A stretch of 64,000 nt of DNA from a virus. The stretch covers positions 37,250-101,249 of IMG/VR virus record IMGVR_UViG_3300045988_133728. One strand, 5' to 3'. Below, piece after piece: positions 30,048-39,302 of the stretch. The notes beneath the pieces were generated by a model. It was not told the DNA's origin, ran no database searches, and worked only from the letters and a program-made list of their open reading frames with translations. Position numbers and translations under genes: made by a program. How positions within the stretch are numbered: the stretch's first letter is position 1; every line of letters begins with the position of its first letter.

Positions 30048-30536
30048 CTAAGCATTAACTTCATGACCTTCCCTATCTGTGAAAACTAAACCAATACCTT
30101 CTATGATATGTCCTACTACAGGAGCTTTGTCAAATTCCTCCTTCGTAGCCCAAGTAGCATTATCAGGCATCAGATCCTTGAATGCGTCCGAAACATCACC
30201 TTGACACCAGCAGTTATTTGATGTAACAATGCCTTTCCCTTCGATATTGACATACATTTTTCTTCCACCACATCCAAGGCTGTTCCATCCGCTCGGTACG
30301 TTTTCCACCATAGGCTTAAGCACCCAGCTTACACCGTCTATCCTAACCCATCCAGGATCGTCTTTGTGCTTGTCGTACAAGTTTTGCCAAAAAGAACATT
30401 CGTAGCACCATCCCCTGTCTTCCATAACAGTTCTTATCTCACACCTTTCAAATCCATCTGCATCCATCGTGTGCGGAGAATGAGGCCGGTGAGGGGTGCC
30501 ACATTTTGGACATACGAGTTTTAAATTATTTTCCAT
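30048..30536 (-). CDS. hypothetical Cys/His-containing protein
   Basis: ORF of 162 aa with CPKCG...H...C...C near the N-terminus. Confidence 0.5.
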   Translation of the reverse strand: MENNLKLVCPKCGTPHRPHSPHTMDADGFERCEIRTVMEDRGWCYECSFWQNLYDKHKDDPGWVRIDGVSWVLKPMVENVPSGWNSLGCGGRKMYVNIEGKGIVTSNNCWCQGDVSDAFKDLMPDNATWATKEEFDKAPVVGHIIEGIGLVFTDREGHEVNA

Positions 30537-30537
30537 A

Positions 30538-30771
30538 TTATTTTACTTTCACGATCTTAATAGAATCTCCTATATTGTATTCCCCTTGGTATCCAACGAA
30601 TTTTATAAATCTATTACTGTTAAATATTGAAAATCTTCCGTCTTTACCATAATACATTATACATCCACCATCTAAAGGATGTAGATCATATATAACCCAT
30701 CCGTCATTAACCCGAATATCATGCGAACATGATGATAACACAAGTGCCATCAATAAAACAAAATACCTCAT
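30538..30771 (-). CDS. small lipoprotein
   Basis: Signal peptide plus lipobox MRYFVLLMALVLSSC|S, with a mature part of about 60 aa. Confidence 0.5.
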   Translation of the reverse strand: MRYFVLLMALVLSSCSHDIRVNDGWVIYDLHPLDGGCIMYYGKDGRFSIFNSNRFIKFVGYQGEYNIGDSIKIVKVK

Positions 30772-30778
30772 ATTATTT

Positions 30779-30970
30779 TCAGCATAAAAATTTGTAACCT
30801 GGTTTTACGGCCTCTGCTTCTTCTCTCGTATCAAACATTAAGGTAGTGACAGCTCCTATGCCTTCACAAACGTAAGATACTTTCACCCACCACCTAAAAA
30901 TCCCAGAGCCGTAATCATCATAATACGGCTCGGAAAGAACTTCTTCTACATACCCATCCAAATAATTCAT
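30779..30970 (-). CDS. hypothetical protein
   Basis: ORF of 63 aa in the packed operon. Confidence 0.4.
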   Translation of the reverse strand: MNYLDGYVEEVLSEPYYDDYGSGIFRWWVKVSYVCEGIGAVTTLMFDTREEAEAVKPGYKFLC

Positions 30971-31689
30971 GATCGTTCCTCCTTGTTTTTAGATTCTGCC
31001 TCCTCGAGTATGCTGATCACCTTGTCAACAATATCCGAATCAGACATTTTCTCAATAAAAACATCCATTGCCTTAGTTATGTCATTGGCTTCTTTTTCTT
31101 CAAGAGCTATTTCTCCACCGGTAATAGCATCAGACAATGATGTAGATAAGTGTCTTATCTTATCAATGCTCATAAACGTAAATGGATTACCACCTTGACC
31201 ACCACCCATTTCTTTCATAATCTGATATCCACCTGAAATAAGTCTGCCGGATGTCAGAGCCAAGGAAGACACGATAAGGGCCAGGACCGCCGCTTCCGTC
31301 CGCTCCTCGGACACGCCCTTCGACCACACGGCTGCCCTTATAGCGCCGGCCAGGTCGTCTATGTATGGCATGAGGCAATCTTCCATCGCTTGTGTTATAT
31401 CAGCTATAACCTCACTACGCTCTTTATTTATGTAGTAGATAGAAGCATTATACCTCTTTATCTCCTTATCCATATCATTTAAAAAGCGCTTGATGTTGTG
31501 CTTATACATAGGACTGCCTTTAATTACCTCCTTCAGTTTAATAATGTAATTATAAGCCTGGTCGTTTACAAATAACGTCATGGTCTCAACCGTTGAATGA
31601 AGCGTGTTAAGGCTGTTAAGAATCTTATCGAAATTGTTTATCAAATAAGCTTTTCTGGCTTTTGCTGCATAGTTAATCATCGTATTCAA
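30967..31689 (-). CDS. hypothetical protein
   Basis: ORF of 240 aa with overlapping start and stop with its neighbours. Confidence 0.55.
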   Translation of the reverse strand: MNTMINYAAKARKAYLINNFDKILNSLNTLHSTVETMTLFVNDQAYNYIIKLKEVIKGSPMYKHNIKRFLNDMDKEIKRYNASIYYINKERSEVIADITQAMEDCLMPYIDDLAGAIRAAVWSKGVSEERTEAAVLALIVSSLALTSGRLISGGYQIMKEMGGGQGGNPFTFMSIDKIRHLSTSLSDAITGGEIALEEKEANDITKAMDVFIEKMSDSDIVDKVISILEEAESKNKEERS

Positions 31690-32194
31690 ATTTTAGATTT
31701 TCAAGTTCGTGTATTTGTAACTTAAGAGACTTAATTAAATCCGTTCTCTGTTCCTCTGCATATTTCAAAGCTTCTTCTTTATTTTTAAAAGCTTGATACC
31801 CTATCGTATAAGGAGCGAACCGATTAGGGGTGTCGGCTAATAAAGTACCATCATAATCTTCTATTTTAGCTTTTACTTTTCTTATCTTACCATCTTGCAG
31901 ACATGTATCTGTAATCCACACAAATGTATCATACATTTCTTCATATAATTCATACCATTCCGGCTTAGGAAATCTTAATGTGAATCTAATTTCGGTATCT
32001 TTTTCTAAGACATTAATATCATACGCCTCCGGCCACAGTTCTTTTATGCTGTCTTCATCTTCAGCATACGCTACCAATACAAATGAATTACTGGATTCTG
32101 CGCTACACCAATATGGATATTTTATAGGCCATTTGACTGGACGGTAATCATTGTCACAGTCATCCTTTCTAATGTAAAATCTTGCTCTAATCAT
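31673..32194 (-). CDS. hypothetical protein
   Basis: ORF of 173 aa. Confidence 0.55.
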   Translation of the reverse strand: MIRARFYIRKDDCDNDYRPVKWPIKYPYWCSAESSNSFVLVAYAEDEDSIKELWPEAYDINVLEKDTEIRFTLRFPKPEWYELYEEMYDTFVWITDTCLQDGKIRKVKAKIEDYDGTLLADTPNRFAPYTIGYQAFKNKEEALKYAEEQRTDLIKSLKLQIHELENLKFEYDD

Positions 32195-32195
32195 G

Positions 32196-32504
32196 TTATT
32201 CTACTTTTTTGATTTCGCTCAAATCGTCTTCATACACCAAATAAGATCCTCTTCCAGGTCTTCCTTCTTTATTAGCTTTCTGGATTGTAAATATAACTGT
32301 TCCAGTATTCGTGATTTGCACGTTCTTAAAGAAACCAACAATAGGCTCTTTCGAACGTTTGTAAAGAACACTCACTTTATCTCCCTTCTTTAACCCATAA
32401 ACAGAATCGAAATATTCCTTTTTAATTCTTTCAATATTACTTCTATGTTTGTTCATTGCATCAAACTCGTCGTCTAACAGTTGAATCATTTGTTCTTTTG
32501 TCAT
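32196..32504 (-). CDS. hypothetical protein
   Basis: ORF of 102 aa. Confidence 0.5.
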   Translation of the reverse strand: MTKEQMIQLLDDEFDAMNKHRSNIERIKKEYFDSVYGLKKGDKVSVLYKRSKEPIVGFFKNVQITNTGTVIFTIQKANKEGRPGRGSYLVYEDDLSEIKKVE

Positions 32505-33244
32505 TTCTTTTCCTCCTTATTTAATGGTATTAATCCTTTTCCGTGTTTATCATACCACAACATAGTTATCACATTCCATGCGACCGCAGCTAAATGGTGT
32601 ACGTTCGTCTCTTTATCCATTCTCTCTCCTTTCAGGTACGCCATCATGTGTCGAAACGTCGCCGCACGGTACCGTTCAAAGCCGTCGTCAAGATCCTGCC
32701 AAGTATTAGGCCCATATTTCTTGGCTCCGGCATGATAGACTTTTACAATGTCCTCAATTTCTTCCATCGGAAGCAAATCCCATCGTAGTTTATCATCAAT
32801 GATGTCATTTTTCACTGATTTCCCTTCTTTTTCACTATTGCCTTTTTCTGAACTAACAGGTTCTAATAATTCTAAGGGCATACAAGTCTTTCCCCCTTCA
32901 TAATATATGACAGCCATAACATCTACATTATAGACATCTTCCGCCAACTCAACTATAGCTCCTCCAGGAACAATGTTATCTTTAAAAGAATAATCCTTTT
33001 TAACAAAAAGCAATTCTCCCTCTTTGAAAAGGATATTATTACTCTTCAGTATATATTCAATTGGTATATCGATTTCCATACGACCTTCATATGACAGCGT
33101 AGCCTCCTTATCTCCCTTTTTGATATCTTTTTCACACACAACTTTAAGTCCTTTTTGGGCTACTAATGTTTTATAAGCATAAACATCTTTGTTAATAACC
33201 ACGCTTTCCCCCTTTGGGATAATAATATCATCCATCTTTTCCAT
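32501..33244 (-). CDS. protein with a C-terminal dATP/dGTP diphosphohydrolase-like (MazG-associated N-terminal type) domain
   Basis: The C-terminal half LRWDLLPMEEIEDIVKVYHAGAKKYGPNTWQDL...ERYRAATFRHMMAYLKGERMDKETNVHHLAAVAWNVITMLWY matches the remembered RxDLIP...KYG.NW...HL.A.AW pattern of that phage domain family. The N-terminal 130 aa are a separate beta-rich domain. Confidence 0.5.
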   Translation of the reverse strand: MEKMDDIIIPKGESVVINKDVYAYKTLVAQKGLKVVCEKDIKKGDKEATLSYEGRMEIDIPIEYILKSNNILFKEGELLFVKKDYSFKDNIVPGGAIVELAEDVYNVDVMAVIYYEGGKTCMPLELLEPVSSEKGNSEKEGKSVKNDIIDDKLRWDLLPMEEIEDIVKVYHAGAKKYGPNTWQDLDDGFERYRAATFRHMMAYLKGERMDKETNVHHLAAVAWNVITMLWYDKHGKGLIPLNKEEKK

Positions 33245-33288
33245 TGTTTTATCGTCGTTTTAATTGTTTGATATAATAATATAGTCCA

Positions 33289-33630
33289 TCATTTTTCTTT
33301 TGCAAAGCGATCAAATTCTTCTCCGCTCATAACAATGCGGTTAATAATAATTATGCCGTTATCGCTATAATCGTCATTTTTAACTCCCATATCATCAAGC
33401 TCCTTCTTTAATTCTTCAAATGTGGGACCGGTCTTGCTTTTAAAAAATAAAGTAGCATGTACAATCTTTTCGTTGTTTAGTTTTGCTCTCACGGTATAGA
33501 CATATCCTTTTTCCTCTTCATCCTTTTTGTTGACACCATCAAGGATGCTATTTATCATGTTCTTGTCCTCACGTGATAGGTTAGATATGGCTATTCTGCC
33601 CTTCAACCTAAATATTTCGTTTTCGTTCAT
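33289..33630 (-). CDS. hypothetical protein
   Basis: ORF of 113 aa. Confidence 0.5.
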   Translation of the reverse strand: MNENEIFRLKGRIAISNLSREDKNMINSILDGVNKKDEEEKGYVYTVRAKLNNEKIVHATLFFKSKTGPTFEELKKELDDMGVKNDDYSDNGIIIINRIVMSGEEFDRFAKEK

Positions 33631-33914
33631 GACTTTCTGTTTTTATTGTTTTCAAAATATTGTCTTACAGCTTCTATAGCCTTATCATCATCAAAAGCCT
33701 CTTCAAACTCCGTATAGAACCTATCTCGTTCCATGCAGAACGTGTTTTTCCCTTCTGGTATAGGACGGAATACAACCACCCTCTCTTCAGCGTGATTGGT
33801 TCCTATTATGTTATTATCTAAGACAATAGAATACCTTTTTGAACTTTTGTTGATAACAACATCATGCTGAAGACCATACAATTTAAGTATTTCCCTTAAT
33901 TCACTTGTTTCCAT
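33627..33914 (-). CDS. hypothetical protein
   Basis: ORF of 95 aa, overlapping by 4 nt. Confidence 0.45.
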   Translation of the reverse strand: METSELREILKLYGLQHDVVINKSSKRYSIVLDNNIIGTNHAEERVVVFRPIPEGKNTFCMERDRFYTEFEEAFDDDKAIEAVRQYFENNKNRKS

Positions 33915-33918
33915 TATT

Positions 33919-34710
33919 TTAAGATTTTATATTTTTAGAAGACACTGCTCCCGATCCCCACTTTTTCTTATATATAGTCCCCATCATGTTTATTAAATCG
34001 GAAAAAGAAGATATGGTTCCCATTTCTATACAAAATGCAAGATTGGATTGAAGCATTTCAAGTTCTTTTAACTGCTCTTGAGTTGCTCTGTTTCTTATCA
34101 TGCTCTCATGTTCGTTAAAAACGATCCAATTGAGGCCTTTAGCCATTCTTGTATAATCTGCATCAGGAAATCTTGATATAGCCCTTGATAGGACATTATA
34201 TTTATCTCCTGCCTCTATCCTATTTAAAATAAGTTTGTCCGTCAACCATGTTACTACTTCAGCATACAGCATAGGGTTAAGCTCCATAGCTACAAGAACC
34301 CATATATAAGGATTGCACATCGTTCTCCTATTCTCTCCTCTTCCCATAGTTTTATAAGCCCCCATCTTTTTCATCACTTTTATAAGTGATTCTTTTTCAA
34401 CAGATTGGATAAAACCAGGAAATCCTGCTTCTATTGTATATCCTTGTTTTTCAAGGATATAGTATATTCGTTCAGCACTTTCTTTGTTGGACAGAATGTT
34501 TTCTATTCTCTTTTCATTCCATCCCATTTCTATCCTTTTTCTCGTATAAGCCTCTTGTAGGTCTGTTAAGGACATAAATGATGTTTTGGTGTCTTGTTTA
34601 ATTATAACACCAAACAGTTCCCGATCTTTCGATACCATTGTAACATTTGTTTTCATGAAATATAACACTAAAAAAAATATCATGATGCAAATATATGCAT
34701 CATTATACAT
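33919..34710 (-). CDS. hypothetical protein (possible DNA-binding)
   Basis: ORF of 263 aa. The N-terminal hydrophobic stretch is probably before the real start. Confidence 0.5.
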   Translation of the reverse strand: MYNDAYICIMIFFLVLYFMKTNVTMVSKDRELFGVIIKQDTKTSFMSLTDLQEAYTRKRIEMGWNEKRIENILSNKESAERIYYILEKQGYTIEAGFPGFIQSVEKESLIKVMKKMGAYKTMGRGENRRTMCNPYIWVLVAMELNPMLYAEVVTWLTDKLILNRIEAGDKYNVLSRAISRFPDADYTRMAKGLNWIVFNEHESMIRNRATQEQLKELEMLQSNLAFCIEMGTISSFSDLINMMGTIYKKKWGSGAVSSKNIKS

Positions 34711-34758
34711 TAATAAAAGATTATAGTGTTAAATTTTACTTATAGTGTTTTTATGGAC

Positions 34759-35115
34759 TCACATTATTCCTTCCAAATTTACTTTAATAGAACCATTTAT
34801 AGTTTTAATGCTCCCATCTATGGTTGAAATCACATCATCTAAATCATTTATAATACTTTCTATGTCATCAACCACCTCCTCCATATCAGTTACAGCCTGA
34901 TCTGATTCCCAATATCTTTCTGAGTCTTGTAACGATTCCGGTATATTATCTCTCGCCTCAGTCTCTTCATCTAAAATCATATCAACATCATCCTTGGCTG
35001 AATTTATGTTGTACTTCAACTCCGATAACTTTGATTTGATGTATTCAAAATCTGTTTTATACTTATTTACGTTTTTGACAACATCTGATATTTTTTTTCT
35101 TCTCTTGTTGTTCAT
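34759..35115 (-). CDS. acidic hypothetical protein
   Basis: ORF of 118 aa, highly acidic. Confidence 0.5.
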   Translation of the reverse strand: MNNKRRKKISDVVKNVNKYKTDFEYIKSKLSELKYNINSAKDDVDMILDEETEARDNIPESLQDSERYWESDQAVTDMEEVVDDIESIINDLDDVISTIDGSIKTINGSIKVNLEGIM

Positions 35116-36533
35116 GCCTTTATCCTATTATAATATTCGATAATCTTTTCTTTCCTATCTCCCGGTTTTACTGCCATATTCTCAGCTAAGAACCTAAAAT
35201 ACGACACTGGTATGTCCTTGAATCTAATTCCTTCATATTTTCCAAACCACATTATTATGCTGTCAAGATCGTCTTCTCTCCTACCATCTCCATTCACAGA
35301 TTTAAGCGAGGCTGCCCGACGAAGGATCTCGTCTTTGGTAATAATATCACCCATCCTTATATTGGACAGAAGTTGATCGCCGGCAAACATACACCATCCC
35401 TTAGAAGGGAATTGTTCGATTGTCAAGTCTTCTATCCGACCGAAACGCCTCATGTTGTCGCAGCAATCAACTATCAGTGCCTCTTTCTTGTCAGGATGGA
35501 TGCGGACGGCTCGGCCTAATATTTGGTAATACGTTGAATATGAGAAAGTTGGGCGACCAAACATCACACAATCAAGTTCAGGAAAATCAAATCCGGTAGC
35601 AAGCGTTGAATAATTAAAAACCACCTTCAACTTACCTTCTTTGAAATCTGATATGATTTGCTCTCTTTTCTTTTTGGTTGTTAGCGATGTTACGACACCT
35701 GTTATGGCTCCCATTTTGGCATTCATAAACTCTGATATTCTATTACATGATTCGATAGAATCCATACAAACCAAAATGGCTTTACGCTCGTTCATAAGCT
35801 GAAGAAGGCGCTTGTAGATAGAGTTGTTTAAGCCATTTCGTACGATGCTTTCTTTAATAGATTCGTTGGTATATTCGGCTCCGGTACTGTTTAACATCAG
35901 AGCCGATTCATCAAATGACCATCGTTCGTACTTAAGTGGACACCAAAAACCTTGAGAAGTTAGCTCTTGTATTTGTATTACATGAACTAACTTCTTGAAG
36001 AAGTTATGCTCGTCTTTTGTCAGCATATTAAGTTTGCTATAGTTTCCTTCCAGCATGGAACTGTAGGCTCTGAGGCGGCAGGGAGTGGCGGTGAAGCCCA
36101 GCACCTTCGCCTCGGGAAACTCGCTCATAAACTCCATAAATTCAGAACCTTCCTCAGGGGAATACCCCGAGTGGCATTCGTCCACCAATAAGGTGTCTAT
36201 CCCTATATCTTTCAACCTTGCTACGTCTTTCTTTATGCTCTTTAATGTTGCATAAGTCATAGCCGACAGTTCCTTTATACCACATGAAGCAGAATATATG
36301 GTAGGTTTAGAACCGAATGATACAGCCTTAGCATAATTCTGCTCCAGAATTTCTTTTGATGGCTGCAATACTAACGTTGGTCTATTTATCTCATGCGCTA
36401 TCTTGGATATCAGAAGGCTCTTACCCGCTCCGCATGGGGCTACGATTATGCCAGGCTTCTTAGATCTTCCTGTAAGAAACTTAAGCCCGGCATCTACTGC
36501 CTCTTTTTGGTAAGGTCTAAGTTCAAAGCCCAT
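35112..36533 (-). CDS. SF2 DEAD/DEAH-box DNA helicase (type III restriction Res-like / phage helicase)
   Basis: Motif I APCGAGKS, motif II LLVDECHSG, motif III GFTATPCR and motif VI QILGRAVR are present. Confidence 0.75.
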   Translation of the reverse strand: MGFELRPYQKEAVDAGLKFLTGRSKKPGIIVAPCGAGKSLLISKIAHEINRPTLVLQPSKEILEQNYAKAVSFGSKPTIYSASCGIKELSAMTYATLKSIKKDVARLKDIGIDTLLVDECHSGYSPEEGSEFMEFMSEFPEAKVLGFTATPCRLRAYSSMLEGNYSKLNMLTKDEHNFFKKLVHVIQIQELTSQGFWCPLKYERWSFDESALMLNSTGAEYTNESIKESIVRNGLNNSIYKRLLQLMNERKAILVCMDSIESCNRISEFMNAKMGAITGVVTSLTTKKKREQIISDFKEGKLKVVFNYSTLATGFDFPELDCVMFGRPTFSYSTYYQILGRAVRIHPDKKEALIVDCCDNMRRFGRIEDLTIEQFPSKGWCMFAGDQLLSNIRMGDIITKDEILRRAASLKSVNGDGRREDDLDSIIMWFGKYEGIRFKDIPVSYFRFLAENMAVKPGDRKEKIIEYYNRIKA

Positions 36534-36900
36534 CGCAATCTATTTTACTGTTTTTTGAAAGTTTTATTATTGCCTCCTTTAGCATCTCTCTTGCTTTATC
36601 TTCGTTATCTTCAAGCAAGCATACACTGCACGATATGCCCATACGATCCCCATAAGCCTCGGCATTACCTAATGTGAATGCGCAGCAGTAATCATAATCC
36701 ATGTTTTTTGCTACGGCAATAAACTGATTATCTTCTATCAGTACAGCATATTCAGCATCAGTTTCACACATGATAATGGCTTTATCTTTTTTTATAGACA
36801 ACACCTTGTTTCTGAAAAGTCCGTTATAAATCCATAGTTCTTTTCCTGTATTTTTATAAAACACAGCCATATCTTCCTTGATTGTGACTTCTTTTTTCAT
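36523..36900 (-). CDS. hypothetical protein
   Basis: ORF of 125 aa. Confidence 0.5.
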   Translation of the reverse strand: MKKEVTIKEDMAVFYKNTGKELWIYNGLFRNKVLSIKKDKAIIMCETDAEYAVLIEDNQFIAVAKNMDYDYCCAFTLGNAEAYGDRMGISCSVCLLEDNEDKAREMLKEAIIKLSKNSKIDCDGL

Positions 36901-36903
36901 GAC

Positions 36904-37233
36904 TTACTTGTGTTTAACATCAGTAATTAAAATGTATTTTTTAACAATATCTTCAAGACTCACAGAAGAACGTATATATAGTTTTTCTTCGTACTCATAT
37001 AGAACGTACCCTTCTTTTATGTCTAATATCTTAATCACATGCTTGCCTCTTTCAAATGGATCCTCAAAGTAGTTCTTATGTTCGTATCTTTGACCTACTT
37101 TGATTTTGTCAGTTTTCTTCTTTATCTTATAACGATCTACTGCTCTACCTGTTTTTATGAAAGCTGTCGTGAGCAAGTATAATAAAACTAAATACAAAAG
37201 GATCGCTACTCCACATATTAGATCTTCTTTCAT
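36904..37233 (-). CDS. small membrane protein
   Basis: N-terminal transmembrane helix ILLYLVLLYLLTTAFI. Confidence 0.5.
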   Translation of the reverse strand: MKEDLICGVAILLYLVLLYLLTTAFIKTGRAVDRYKIKKKTDKIKVGQRYEHKNYFEDPFERGKHVIKILDIKEGYVLYEYEEKLYIRSSVSLEDIVKKYILITDVKHK

Positions 37234-37399
37234 TGGACTCCCTTTAAGTAGTTAAACCATATATCCTCCAGCTTCTCCTGAAGTTCAAATGCTTTCTTGA
37301 AATTCCCACATCTTACAGCAACGTCTCTCATATATTCTACGTTTATAACTTCCGGATCTTGCCGGTATTTTGTTCTTAACTTTTGAACGTCCTCGTATT

Positions 37400-38419
37400 T
37401 CATCGTTTTATCTTTTTAGACGGATCCCAATCCGAAGAGAAAGGGCATTCGTTTTTGTTATGTAATCCAAAGTCACAATAGTAACACAGTGCTGACGGGC
37501 AGGGTAGCTTGTTTTGTGGAACAGGCTGGCTTAGGGTGGCACGCCGCTTGCTATACCTGGCTCCTTCTGCTCCCTGGATGTATGCCTGAAATGTTTTTAC
37601 ACTATTATCTTCAAAATCATACATTTTAGACAAAGTGTCATTTAGCATCTCTATAGATTTTGTTTTACGTTCCTCATCCACCTTAACCTTTTGGTATTGT
37701 CTGGTTCTGGTAAAGAAATAGATGTTCATATCTGGTAGAACTCCACCATATTTTCTATAGATGTAAAATGAATATATAGGATGCTGTAAATTCGTTTCCA
37801 ACTTCTTAGAATCAAAAACCTTATTACCTGATTTCCAATCTATGACATAATGGTGAACTACGTTCTTGCTTTTTATAGCCAGATGAAGGTCTACCGATCC
37901 TACTATGTACACATGAGTATGAATTACTCCATTTATGTTAACAGGCTTAGGAAGACGGTACGGCAGCACAAAATCTTCTTCGACTCCAACTATAGCGCCG
38001 TGTCTGATAAGTTTCTCGCAGGGATTAAGATCACTATCAGCTATCATAAACCTATTGCCGTCTTTTTTGAACAGATCCACAATCCAAGCAAGAAGCTCTC
38101 CAGATTGCTTCATGGCTATCATCATATTTTCCGGTGATTGCCAAGGTATGTCTTCTTGGTAAGCATAGTAACTTATAGCTTCCCCCAGGTCTTTGCCAGA
38201 AGGCTGTCTTCCGTTCTTGAAGAAGTATTCCAGTGTCTTATGAATAACCGTACCATAAGACGTAGCTTCTTGTTTTTCCGTAGACCTTTTGCCCTCCACG
38301 TAAGTCTTATACCATTTCATTGGACAAGTAAGAAACGTATCTATCTGGGAATAAGATATGGCAAGACGTTTCACGCCATTAAACTCCTTATATAGCAAAT
38401 GCGTTTCCGGGACCATCAT
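37400..38419 (-). CDS. PD-(D/E)XK nuclease, RecB/Cas4-like with a Cys cluster
   Basis: GSVDLHL...YVIDWKSG is the RecB-family D...DxK[ST]G motif. There is an N-terminal Cys (TCPMKWY) plus a C-terminal CPSALCYYC...C cluster, typical of Cas4-like Fe-S nucleases. Confidence 0.6.
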   Translation of the reverse strand: MMVPETHLLYKEFNGVKRLAISYSQIDTFLTCPMKWYKTYVEGKRSTEKQEATSYGTVIHKTLEYFFKNGRQPSGKDLGEAISYYAYQEDIPWQSPENMMIAMKQSGELLAWIVDLFKKDGNRFMIADSDLNPCEKLIRHGAIVGVEEDFVLPYRLPKPVNINGVIHTHVYIVGSVDLHLAIKSKNVVHHYVIDWKSGNKVFDSKKLETNLQHPIYSFYIYRKYGGVLPDMNIYFFTRTRQYQKVKVDEERKTKSIEMLNDTLSKMYDFEDNSVKTFQAYIQGAEGARYSKRRATLSQPVPQNKLPCPSALCYYCDFGLHNKNECPFSSDWDPSKKIKR

Positions 38420-38763
38420 AAGTCATTGTCTTTAAATCCTTCCGGGTAATATACGACATACTTCTTACCGTCCTCCGGCGTCATGGCGAACTGCATGTAG
38501 TTATTACGATTACGATGCTTGCCATCTAATCCTCGTTTCCAATACAGGATACCGTCTATATCCACATAAGACCGTCCGCGTTCGGCTCTAACCACGTCCG
38601 TGTGTAGCAGATACCCGTCGGAAGACACAATCCACACTTTATCCCCTTTGTTTAAATAAGATATTCTTTTTCTTACTATAATCTTTTTCTTATTATCCAA
38701 TACAAATTCCTCGTCAGTCATACTCTTCATCCTCCTCTTCTTCTGTTTCAAAATCAATTCCAT
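38416..38763 (-). CDS. hypothetical protein
   Basis: ORF of 115 aa. Confidence 0.5.
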   Translation of the reverse strand: MELILKQKKRRMKSMTDEEFVLDNKKKIIVRKRISYLNKGDKVWIVSSDGYLLHTDVVRAERGRSYVDIDGILYWKRGLDGKHRNRNNYMQFAMTPEDGKKYVVYYPEGFKDNDL

Positions 38764-39302
38764 ATCTCATATTCTATTAAATATATTTAAAGCTATTCAT
38801 ATGTTTTAATACATCCCCTCGGAGACCTTCCGGTCTCCTTGGTAGATGTAAATCCCGTTAGGGATAAGTCAGGATTTCTCCTGTAAGTACCCATCGCCAA
38901 TGTTATAAGAGGTTTTATATAATGGCAACACTGTTTCGTCAAATACACTACTCCTGTTTAATCACCATCCTTAGAGCAAGAAACTTGGATAAACATTCCT
39001 TGGTAACTATTTATTCTCAAATAACGTAGCCTCTGTTTCGAGGCTTAGGCTAATAACCCGATCTCTGAAAGAGATGTATTAAACTTTTATAATAGAATTA
39101 TATTGGGTTAATACTATTTGGGGTTATAACACCGATCATAATGCTTGGTCAGTTCTTCTGGTTCTAAATCTTGTCCAAAATCCATGTTAAAAATATCGTA
39201 ATTAGTAAAGCACTTAAAATCACTGTCCCTGCCGGCAGGAAATCTATGAATGCTGCTTTTGCTTCTTCAATTAGGCCCAAGTGTAACCTTGGGCCATTGT
39301 AT

